A stretch of 64,000 nt of DNA from Paraphysomonas bandaiensis. Its lineage: Eukaryota > Protista > Chrysophyceae. Positions 11,880 to 22,797 of the stretch are shown here, in pieces (within the stretch, counting starts at the first letter, position 1; every line of letters starts with the position of its first letter). A model generated the notes under the pieces. The model saw only the letters and a program-made list of their open reading frames with translations, made no database searches and was not told the origin of the DNA. The DNA lies in contig CBFFRP010000054.1 in the NCBI GenBank assembly GCA_965644295.1, forward strand, positions 1 to 64,000, written 5' to 3'. A program made the translations under genes and the position numbers.

Positions 11880-12936
11880 GGACTGTAGGAGGAAAATAAC
11901 AGACTCTCTAAAGCAGCAGGTGAGCTCATTGATTCCCATTCATGTGTCACCATTTAACATCTACTGTTTTCCTCAAAATAATTACAGCCGTAGGAAACTC
12001 CCTATCTACTATTAATATTCTTTTGAGAAAAATGGAGACAATGTCAACCGGGATTGAGCTTTTGCTTAAATATAACGAGGATAAGAAATCTGTCTCTGGT
12101 GGTGAGTGTAAGAGTTATTAGCTAGTCTATAGACATAAACTAGTTTCTGTACGCAACCGTACTCATGTAATAATCAGACTTTCATATATGAGTGTAAGAG
12201 TTGTTAGATTATAATAATTTCGGCTTTGGCGAATTGACACCTCCAATGGCCAAATGCACCCTTGACTATTATGCTGCCACCAGACAAGAGTTTTTACAAA
12301 TTAAGACATGTGTTACGCAGTATACTCAAAGAATAAGATGTTTATATTGTGCCAAGAAAACAGATGAGGTTATGTTTGTGCAGCCCTTGTCCAGTAATTA
12401 GTTAAAAGAGCTGGCGCAAGCAGTTGAAAGGAGATAATGCAGAGATGCTGCACGAAAATCACAGCCTTGACGTTAAATATGACAGAATAGAATATTACAT
12501 TCATGGTGAAATGGACGCTGGATTATTTTTGAAAGGCACAAGTTTCTGTCTGTGCCCGTGGGAAGACAAGAGTATGAGTAACGCATGGTTCTGGAAATAC
12601 GTGACACAATGTGCTGCTGAGATGGCGGGCAAATTAGAGCACTTAAAATCTGGATATAATTTTATCCCAAAACGATATCGTGGTATTGTAACCAATGGGA
12701 GATGGTGGGTGATAGTTTTCAGACACATCGACAGCGAAAGACAAAGGTTATGGCTGCACACAACTCCAATTCAAGCCATTGATATCGAAGGGATTATTAC
12801 ACCTCGAGGTGTTTATCAAGTACTAATCCTTCTGTTTCATGCAATGATGATTTCCAAGGAGGTGATGAAGGCGCTGATTGTCAAGATAGACAATATTTTT
12901 GATGTAGAAAAATCTGATTGCCATATCGACAAGTAG
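11880..12936 (+). pseudogene. Crinkler-like PD-(D/E)xK restriction-endonuclease-fold pseudogene
   Basis: Motifs HGEMD..WEDK..QCAAE..GIVTNGRWW. Intron-like GT-AG boundaries upstream. In-frame stops at 12189, 12195 and 12399 and a frameshift before 12424. Confidence 0.6.
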
Positions 12937-13088
12937 TATATAGCTCGCATGAAGATTCATCGATTGATGATGACGATGTGAAGACACATTCGAGTGAAGG
13001 TGGGAACATCGCTCGGCACAATGAGAGGGTTCGACACGGTCAAAATGGGGGAAAGCAGAGTGGTGGGTATGCATTCATCACATATATC

Positions 13089-13316
13089 CAATACACGTAA
13101 CGTCACACATATCTTATATTCGAGTGTTCGCTCAGTTCAACATGTCCACCACTCAACCAATACACGTCACACATATCTTATACTCGAGTACTCACTCAGT
13201 GCAACATATTATATCCATCACACAACCAATACACGTCACGTTACACCTATCTTATACTAGAGTATTCACTCCGTTCAACATATAGCCATCACACAACGCC
13301 TACACACGTCATACAC
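13089..13316. repeat. Degenerate tandem repeat, about 65-70 bp unit, three to four copies
   Basis: Recurring ccaatacacgtcac..tatcttatactcgagt..tcactcagttcaacat. Confidence 0.8.
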
Positions 13317-14020
13317 TGCTATCTCTCGATACAACATGAGCCTAGCATACATCAGCCTAGCATACATGGTCACGAGGCTGTAGCACAGAGCCTCATACAG
13401 TGGATTGAGGAAAGTGGACATGCACCTTCGGTCACTCTCCTTGGGGTTGCCAACAATACACCTACTGCTGGTATGTAGCACTATACACGATCTCATATGC
13501 TGCAATTCATTTATGTATATGTCTACTTTACAATATCAGAATGATTGATTGCGTAGATTACATGATGCAGAAGAAAGGACTGCCACTACGGAAGCTTAGT
13601 GCTTCAAAGGCATTTCATTTAAGCTTTTAACTTGCCGTAAGTAGCTAGAATAGCATGTCCTGTCTAATTCTAAACCTACTTGAAGAAAGAGTCGTCGGAA
13701 GAAAGAGATAGAGAGCTCTGAGGAGTTCCCTGCATGCATTGATGGGCATTCCAGCAGTCGTTAAGAGGAGGAAAATAATATTAATTTGCAATATTATTAG
13801 TCAGTAATATATCAATACAAATGCAGAGAACTATTTATTAGCACTCTAGTAGTAACTAGCTAGCTTTAACGAGGAATGTACGTCAAAAACGTGGGAAATT
13901 TTTTTTCCCACGTTTGCATATTATTGTTTACTTATTGGATTATGTGCGAATGTCAGACATAAATTGAATCTGTTTTATTACTTGAAGAATAAGCATTTGC
14001 ATTATGTTATGGTATATATA

Positions 14021-14116
14021 TTGAAAGTATTTTATTTAGCAATAGGCGTTAAAAGCCTGTACCAATTTTGTAGCTAGATGAATGCTAGTCAGCCTAGTTA
14101 GACCTCTACCTGTAAC
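14021..14116 (-). mobile_element. Extreme 3' tail of retroelement subfamily A1
   Basis: The reverse complement matches 18985-19077 (ggtagaggtcta..ttttaacgcctattgctaaata..actttcaat). Confidence 0.7.
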
Positions 14117-15019
14117 CACGCGGTGATTAGTTACGCTGTCAGTATGGGGCACATATGGTGCAACCAAGATGAGTGGCAAAAGTTAAAAGCTGTGTCACTG
14201 GGTGGGTATATTTACGAGGGTTAAGATATGTATCATGATTACTTTTTGCTACTTTTCTCTATCAATAGTGGAAAATATTTGTGCTTAGCAATTTAAGTGT
14301 GATAGAATATGCAATTGGCAGTGTCTATCAATTATCCCCGACCATAATTCTAATACATAGGACTACATTCATGTGCCTAAGTAGCTGATTTGGTGATACC
14401 TAGCTAGTTATATATTGATAGCTAATTGCTAGTTAACGTAATTATTTAATATAATCGAAAATTCGAATGAAATAAATTAGTAATAAAGCAATAAACAGCT
14501 CAACGTGAAAACAATAACAAATGCGAAAATGTGTGATAGAAATACACACATTAATAGAGAGTAGAATAACTAAATAGACGGTTGTCTCGGCGATTGCTGT
14601 AGTGTAGCGGACATTGGTTCTTCTAGTATTGGCACATACTACGCGTTTGTGGTAGTATTGATCCCTGGAGCCATCTCTGCTGACGATTTTGGCATCACAA
14701 GAATTTCTACCTTGAGAATCGGGAGGGGTTCCTTCCTCCAATGAAAGTCTATCATGATGTAAATTTTGGTCACCAGCTCGTCCAGCGTGGGGCCTGCAGC
14801 TACTTTATACTTGCTTTGTTACCCGTTCCCCCTACCCTTCTTCGAGTCCAACTGCAAACTTCTTATTCTGCTGCTCTTATTGTCGCACTCGTTCAACCGT
14901 GTTATAGGGCACACAATGCCAGTGTGCCAGTCCTACACGCAATAGTGTCCTCCAGCTGTGTTCGGTTGGTGAGTCGGCGCAGAATGCCTTCAAATCCAAG
15001 TGCTGTCAAACCCCACACT

Positions 15020-15180
15020 AGTGAAATGGAGAAGTTCAAAAGAAGTTCATAAGGTAGTTCACTCAAGTTCAAAGGTAGTTCATAAGTTCATTGTTGCATG
15101 AACTACCTTATGAACTACCTTTTGAACTTTCACACTCCACACTTTTTTTATGAACTGCCTTTTGAACTACCTTTTCAGCT
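15020..15180. mobile_element. Fold-back/MITE-like element built from aggtagttca units
   Basis: The left half has repeated (a)ggtagttca/aagttca and the right half has the complement tgaactacct. The ends are degenerate inverted repeats. Confidence 0.6.
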
Positions 15181-16131
15181 CTCTTATTTCCCTAGTACCA
15201 AGCGAGTACGGAGAGTAGACTTTTCATCGCGTTGGGTGTGAAGAGACACACTATAAACTTTGCAGATGTTTTCTTGGGTTGATGAGGTTGTTACTCCCTT
15301 AAGCAAGGGGGGCTGATATACACCCATATCAGTACTAAAACGCATGCATTTATTAAGATTAATATACGCACTTTGCATTCTTCAATTGTGTACTTTCGAG
15401 GCACAGTGGGAGGTTCCACTTAAGGACACCAGCCTATAGCCTCAACTAGAGCCCTCTCTTTCACCATGGACGGCATTGTGGGCCCTCCATTGTCACAGCT
15501 GTCCGGCACAGTCATGTGCTTCAACACCGTATTTATAGCCCGTTTCTGGTGTACGCATGCTGGCAGGGTACTGCTAGAGACAGCCTCAAGTGCTTCTCCC
15601 ATTATTAGGGTGCGGCTCTGAGGATTCAGATGCATTCCGCTGTTTGCAGTATTATTCGTAGATTTCTGATTTAATTGCTTTAACATTCTTTAACTAATTC
15701 AAATTACCATGAAATTTCAAATGGAAGACAGCGTGTCGTCAATAGCAATCAGTTTAATGTATGTGTATAGTTTCATATGATCGAGATGCTTATGGCAGGA
15801 GTGAGCAGATCAAACTACTTAAAACAAAAAAATGAACTATTTTGAGGTGCCTTCATTTCGAAAAGCGGCGATTATCATCGTGAGCATGGGTTTACATGCA
15901 CCGATTTTCTAAAATATTGGAATTTATTGGAATTTCTATATATAGAAATTCCATTTATTTGTAGAAACGATAACTAGGAACACGAAATACGTACGAGAAC
16001 GTCTAGAAGTATTTCTTTTTTTTTTTTCGAACTATGTTCACACGCACTTGATACCATCAGAAATTATCATCGTACATACTTCTATATACGGTATTTTAAA
16101 CAGTAGAATTTATAATAAAATTCTAAAATTG

Positions 16132-16238
16132 TGACGTACGATATGAATCAACGTCATTACTACGTATATATATCCGTAATAATGAGGAAGGTGTGAGTTA
16201 AATAGAGTCCCTCTGAGGGCATTCACTTGACTGACTCA
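16132..16238 (+). promoter_or_regulatory. Cluster of bZIP-type sites upstream of the bZIP gene
   Basis: TGACGT at 16132, TGAATCA at 16144, ACGTCA at 16151 and TGACTCA at 16232, all within 180 nt of the ATG. Confidence 0.35.
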
Positions 16239-16310
16239 CACGGCTCTCTATATGGTTAAATAATAAATAAAGAAAGTAGATCATCAAGTGAAAACTGTTC
16301 AAGGGTGAAT

Positions 16311-17824
16311 ATGGAAATATCATCAAGTGAATATCATACTGATTTTACACAAGAAAATCTTCCAAATGATAGTTATAAAGAGAAGAGAAACATCAAGCAT
16401 ACAAATGATGTCACAGGAAGATTTGATCATAACTCATCGAAGAGTAATTCAGATGATTTTGCATCTAATTCAGATGATGATTTTACTAAAAATACGGAGT
16501 ATTGTAGTACAGATTCTGATAGTGATAATGAAGGATCAAAACGTGCACGATATGAGAATTATAGTGACTCTAATTCAACTAAATTAAAAGAAAAGAATAG
16601 AGAACACGCACGTAATACACGTTTAAGGAAGAAAAACTTCATTGATACATTGAAGCAAACTATTCATGATTTAGGAAATGAACGAGATGCTGATGAAGTT
16701 AAATTGAGAGCTGAATTGTCAAGAATTGCACATGATGTGAGTGATAGTTGTGTATGTTTTATATTCCTTAGTGTATTTGCACAGTCATTACACAGGAAAC
16801 AAACGCTTCAGACTTTCTTTTTTCTTCGAGCATCTGGAGAGACTGATCGTCAAAAATGGGCAACTATATTGGCAGACGATTTTTACCTGACTTCTCCGAT
16901 AACTCCATACCGTATTTTCTGTCCTGCTGAAGTTGTGTGTGGTATCCGGTGCATGCAAGGAATAGATGCGGTAGTAGCTGATACAGCTAGTCTTCACACA
17001 ATGCTTCAGGCCCTTGCGACCCGCCACAATGACAAGGTTCCAACTTTTATTGTATAATTGGATGCTGGATCATTTATTCTGCGCAGGTGCGGATGCAATA
17101 TTATTGTGGCATGGAAGACATGGTTTGCACTGGGGATATCCTTATGTGCCGCTGGGTTATGAAAACCGAAAACGCAGTTGCATGCGGGGCAAACTTTGAA
17201 TGTTTTAAGCAGGGTATGATGACGGCAGTTTTCAACCCGCAGGGGAAACTTCAATCCGTGGAGCTTATATTCGACGTGATGTCGTTTATGCAGCACTTGC
17301 GCCGGGCATCCGCTTCCCATGCTGCTGGATTCCAGGTTGTACCCAACACATTAAGTTTGGTGATGATTACCAACGACGATACCCCCGCTAATGAAGCACG
17401 CATTATTTTTGAATCATCACCTCCTTATAAAATTCACTTCGCCTCGGAGGTACTTAAAATTCAGTCTTGCTTTCGTTGTACTTATGTGTTTGCGAAGAAA
17501 TGGCGTGCAATAAGCGGAATACCAGCGGAGGATGCGGTGGGCATGCCGTGCTTTTTTTTGAGTGGTCCTTGTGAAACTGTAGGCGGCTCCGTAGACCAGA
17601 CGTCGAACCTCCGACAGGGTGTCAAGGTAATTTGTCTTATTTTTCTATCTACCCATGCCGATCATATCTACTTACAGCATCGCATATCTTCGTACGCGAT
17701 TTATTCCCATGTGATGCCCGATGGAACACCGAAGAAGCTCTTTATACGCATATTTCCCCTATATGACGATAACCTCGTCACTCACTACTTGGCGCTCGTA
17801 CAGAACGCTGTCGTGGACATGTAG
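16311..17824 (+). CDS. bZIP-PAS transcription factor (stramenopile type)
   Basis: Basic region KEKNREHARNTRLRKK plus zipper. Central conserved block LTSPITPYR..FDVMSFMQ. PAS-like ARIIFESSPPYKI..W..ISG. About four short introns. Confidence 0.85.
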
Positions 17825-18157
17825 TGCTATGAAAAAAATGAGCAATCGTGGAGTGGATAGATTGCGCCCATATTTACTATCCTTAATTATATGCAGTACT
17901 TTGATGCCTTGTGTAAATAGATTTTATTGTTGACAATACGTGCTCGGGATAAGGTAAAATAGCCAGCTGTGTTTCACAAGCAATCTATCCTTGCTATGAT
18001 ATATAATAATGTGATGTTGTTATAATAATATTATTTCGTTTAACGAATATATCCCTATTGATTGAGGCGATCACTCACGTACTGAAGTGTCTCGTTAAAG
18101 ATAAAGATTAGTAGAAAAACGAACTCCAGATAATATTCAACATTTCAAAGTGTTTAG

Positions 18158-19077
18158 GTGTCATATCAATCTAGTCATATCAATCTTAGCTCTCTGCTAA
18201 ATCAGAATCTACCCCATTGGACCACCAATGCGCTACAGTGGCTCTCCAACAGGGCCTGGAGCCCCTCCTTCCCGCAGGTGGAGAGATTCTGGACAGGTAC
18301 CATAACCACTGCACAATTCGAGACGATTTTTGGAGATCACATCCATGAGCCCTTGACACCCCAAGGTCTGCGCAACATTGAAACAGCGGTCATCAGCCTG
18401 CTTCTACCGCTTTTCGCTGCAGCAAAACTAATGATCCAGGATCGAAGTCGAAGATACATTACCTCGCACAAAGGACCCTCTGGGCTACTCCCGCGACCGC
18501 GTCAAAAACGTAGACAGCCATGGAAACGCCCAAGGGTGCTACGATTACTAGGAGTCCGCAGACGAGCCGAGACTGGACCACCGCACACCGCACACACGAA
18601 CCCCACCACCCATACCCACAGGAACATATCACCGTTCCGCATGAAACCCTCAGGACCTCGGCAACGAAGCCGTCTCCGGCAACTCTACCTATGCCTGAGG
18701 CCCAAACGGTGCACTGAGACAACGCCACATTCCAACTCTCCACCCACCTCTCAGCCCACACACCTAGCACTCGGTACACTCAGGACCTTATAATACAGAA
18801 CCCTGTACCTCAGAGCCCGGTGGAACCTCATCCCAAGAGGAGTCCTGGAACACATGATCATGCCGAAACTCACAATCTACATTAAGAACGGAAGTGGTCA
18901 CACCTTGGCGCTTGCAGCGACGCGCAAGCAGCTTCTGTAGCGCTAAATAGTAGGATAATAGAATTTGTGCTGATTATTATAATGGGTAGAGGTCTAAATA
19001 GGCCGTCTAGCATTCAACTAGCCACTACATTGGTGCAGATTTTTAACGCCTATTGCTAAATAATAAGACTTTCAATA
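18158..19077 (+). mobile_element. 3' end of putative non-LTR retroelement (A1): ORF C-terminus plus 3' UTR
   Basis: ORF remnant LQWLSNRAWSPSFPQVERFWTG..LLLPLFAAAKLM followed by the 3' region shared with the 7.4 kb and 14.0 kb copies. No RT core is visible, so the class is inferred. Confidence 0.65.
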
Positions 19078-19696
19078 TGCAATAATTAATAATCACTAAG
19101 TCTTATTGAGCGAAATTGCAATTATTGAAATATTTACAGGGCAAGTCATAACTGCAATTATAATTGACTCCAGCTAGCTTCAATAATTAATAGACGTAAA
19201 ATACCACCAATTTGGCACTGGCAAGTTGTTTTGTTAAAAAATCTCATTTTTATGATAAAATTGGTAGAAGGCAATAAAATCTATTGCATTATTTATCTCA
19301 CATAACATTTCATTTAATCGATCAGCGATATGAGCGTTAAACTGTACCAGAAGTTATTGCTCGAGTTTTTTTCGAAAAAATATATGAAAACAACGACTTG
19401 GCATTGCCTGGAGTGTCCTGTAGGAAAAGTGTTCTGAGGTGAAATAAGGGTTATGGGTGGAGCAACCTCGCGCACAACGCCATCAAACACGATGGCTGGA
19501 AAGAGAAAGGTTAAGCGGCTTGGCGATGTGGTAGAGCGATGGATGAATACGTTAAGCCTAAGGCATCACCTAATAGAAGTACAGAAGAGGGAAGTAAACA
19601 TCAGCTCGATCTCCACGACATTTGTACATTGTGTGACGGACTCATAACAAGGCACCCATTTGGCGAGCACTCGTAAAGATATTTGCTAAAAATCTT

Positions 19697-20450
19697 GTTA
19701 TACCTGACATCTGCAGACTTCAGGATTTTTTGGTCCTTATGATGAACAGCCCGGATGCTCGACTTCATCAGGCATCCCAATTCCCCGGAGCGGTGGGCCC
19801 ATTCCGAGATGCCTGATTATTCGCCAGGGCCCAGAGACGTCTACACAAGTGAGACTTATGTTAGTGTCCCTTGTACTACACAAGCGTTTGGCTGTATAAG
19901 TGGGCTGAATTTAACCATCTGACTATATATGCGGTTCATGTTAGTTTCCCAGAGTACTTATCCCCTAGAACACCACAAAAAGGTGCAAGTACGACTTAGT
20001 ATGAAGAAGAAGATGACAGTCTGAGTCTTGGAGATCAGAATGACAACACAGCGCAACGTTGGATTGGTGATAAGCGAGCACGTCTTGACCTGCTAACTCT
20101 ATACCACGGCATGAAGCACGTGCATGCCACGACCAACGGGGTTGAAAGATTACGCAGTAGAGTTCATATTGTTTATGATACATTTGAGCAAGACTATGAC
20201 TTCTCGGCATTTAGAGATTGAAAGCTACAAATGTTTCAACGTAAGAATCGTTGCATCCCTGGAATGAAATTTGGCAGCTAATGTAAAGCCATTTGAATAC
20301 GTAGTTTTTAATATCACTTAATTGGGACAGCAAATATAATTGACAACAACCAGTGTTAATGAATTGACAATTGATTGGTACATTGGTACGCAGCCCTGAT
20401 AGCAACAGACATAAGTAACTAGAAGTATGCGCGGTAAAATTTAACATTTA
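19697..20450 (-). mobile_element. Decayed fragment of retroelement subfamily A2 (ORF end plus proximal 3' UTR)
   Basis: 19697-19995 aligns with 37370-37565 and 43035-43100. The broken peptide VFKWLYISCQISFQG/MQRF..LRNLSTPLVVAC resembles the 18158 ORF. Confidence 0.6.
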
Positions 20451-20654
20451 GAAAAAAATACACTTTGAATTAACTTCTTTGGTTGAAATTGGCTTACAGC
20501 TATAATTGCTACAAAAGTTTACACCACCGTATTTGGCCAGAAATATCAAGGTTATTGTTTTTGATCATCCTAGACGTACATCAATGGACTGCCTTTGGTA
20601 TAGTGGCCCCAACTCTGAACACAAAAAACTATTAACTTTGCAGACAAAGCTATC

Positions 20655-21822
20655 TTAGAGGTGTGCGAAGCACACATGCAATACTCTCCGGTCTAGTCTT
20701 CGAAATTGTAAATCTAGAAATCCAGCGGCATTATTAGGAAGGCTCTTTAGCCAATTTTTAAGGATTTCTTTGTCAGACAGGCTCATGTCTTCATACTGAT
20801 CGAGTACATTTTGCGCCTTCCATAGATTGAAGGGCAAGGCTGCTCGCCTGTAGACTCGTCCTCCCAGTGGGAACTCAATATCACCAAGAGCCCTTGGCAG
20901 GTTCTTGCCAGCAGCAAATTTCTCAATTTCGTACAGCTCTTCTACCGGCTGTACTGTAGCCTGAAGCATGGGCAAATACTCACAAAAGATGCAACCTAGT
21001 ATTGGTATGAGAGTATCGGGGATAGTATCATCGCTGACAGCAGATTTAAGTGTGATACTGGAATGGGATACGGTCTGCATGCGATGGATCCAATCTTGCA
21101 CATGAGGGTATTTCTGAATAATATTATTCATAGGCCAAGGATCCCGACCCAAATGGCCTACAAGAGGTCCCGCTAAGCCAAAGTCTCCAATAGTCGGAGT
21201 ATTGCCTAACAAGTAAGGGTGCACTGTAAAGTGATCTTCAAGTAGGTGCAGTATGTCCAGGGTCCATTCCTCAAGGATATCCTGCTGTTCAGGACGAACC
21301 CCTACAGTCGGTAAGTAGCGAATTAATATACTTGCTGTCTTATCCGCCGCATAATCCTTTAAAAATCTTGGTGCCCATGGTAACAAGTTGTCGCCAGCTT
21401 CATTCTTAAAAAACTTGACACACTGGTCATAATTCCAACGGTAATGCATCGCCATCGGAATCCAGAACTCATCCCCCCAGGCCTCTAAAAGATGGCTAAT
21501 AAAACGCCGTTTAGGTGTCACAGGAATGATTGGGGCCTCTGGAAATCGAGGCTCAATAGTTTCAATGATATTTTTCGTATCTTGAATCCACTCATTGTTA
21601 GGTGACAGCACTACCTAATCACTTATATAACACATACAAATAAGATAATATGAATATACTTACTGGCATAACACTAGCTCCAACTTTTTTTTTAATTCTA
21701 TATTGTAAATCGAATACATTCAAGTACTTCATTGTGAATGGAATGTTCTTATAACGGAAGTAGCAGATTATCTTTGCTGTAAAGTATGATAAATGCCATC
21801 CGTGTAGTATATATGGAGCCAT
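20655..21822 (-). CDS. Glutathione S-transferase-like protein (long bacterial-type family)
   Basis: Exon 1 MAPYILHGWHLSYFTAKIICYFRYKNIPF; intron 21615-21663; exon 2 with WIQDT, AMHYRW and YLLGNTPTIGDFGL. Confidence 0.9.
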
Positions 21823-22159
21823 GATAATTGAATGTTTGATAGTTATGTGATGATTTCGTAATGTGTATGTATGTATAGTTAAAGTTATATCATACTTGGA
21901 TTCATTGAATAGGTATGTGTATATGCATATATATACACAGCACACAGCACTATACTACGACCAGTTTCTGTATCCAGATGATGTGCTGTGTTTCCCACTT
22001 ATAATATAGATATGTATGATTTTTACCAAAACTGATGCAAGAAATCATGGATTTGTATTATCGAAAAACTGACTTTTATATATGAATACCACAGTACTTC
22101 GTTGTGTCTGTTGATCATAAAAAGTCTATGAGATGTAGAGTGGTGTATGTACACTGTAG

Positions 22160-22560
22160 GTATGTATGTATGTATGTATGTATGTATGTATGTATGTATG
22201 TATGTATGTATGTATGTATGTATGTATGTATGCATGTATGTATGTATGTATGTATGTATGTATGTATGTATGTATGTATGTATGTATGTATGTATGTATG
22301 TATGTATGTATGTATGTATGTATGTATGTATGTATGTATGTATGTATGTATGTATGTATGTATGTATGTATGTATGTATGTATGTATGTATGTATGTATG
22401 TATGTATGTATGTATGTATGTATGTATGTATGTATGTATGTATGTATGTATGTATGTATGTATGTATGTATGCATGTATGTATGTATGTATGTATGTATG
22501 TATGCATGTATGTATAGGTATGTATTGGTATGTACAGATAGGCGTATGTATGTATGTATA
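22160..22560. repeat. (TATG)n microsatellite, about 400 bp
   Basis: Nearly perfect tetranucleotide array with a few CATG variants. Confidence 0.99.
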
Positions 22561-22797
22561 GCTAGTTCGGAACTAAGAATTATCACAAGCGTTCCTATTA
22601 ATCCAACTCATCTCACATAATACACACGACATCAATACCCAAATATTACACTGTGTGATATGAGATATGGGTTTTATTCTATAAAACGAATCCAGTGTGG
22701 TCAAAACGATTCCAGTTAAAGGCTTAGTATACACATCCCCTCAATATAAAGCGCATGCTGTCAAACTATTTCTAATTCATTAAAATATTAAATAAAT

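Noticed and set aside
13887-13915. 12-bp hairpin aaacgtgggaaa/tttcccacgttt as a Helitron end or terminator
   Set aside because: No CTRR terminus follows on the + strand and there is no second copy in the window.
7380-19077. Inverted copies at 7.4 and 19.0 kb as terminal inverted repeats of one 11.7-kb element
   Set aside because: The copies are substantially diverged, belong to a dispersed family and enclose ordinary host genes.
19760-19817. Hairpin atcaggcatc/gatgcctgat followed by CTGATGA on the minus strand, suggesting a retroelement hammerhead
   Set aside because: No correctly placed GAAA or NUH triplet, and the motif is missing from the other copies.
22023-22620. Several long ORFs (YIHT/MYVC repeats)
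   Set aside because: Translation artefacts of the (TATG)n microsatellite.
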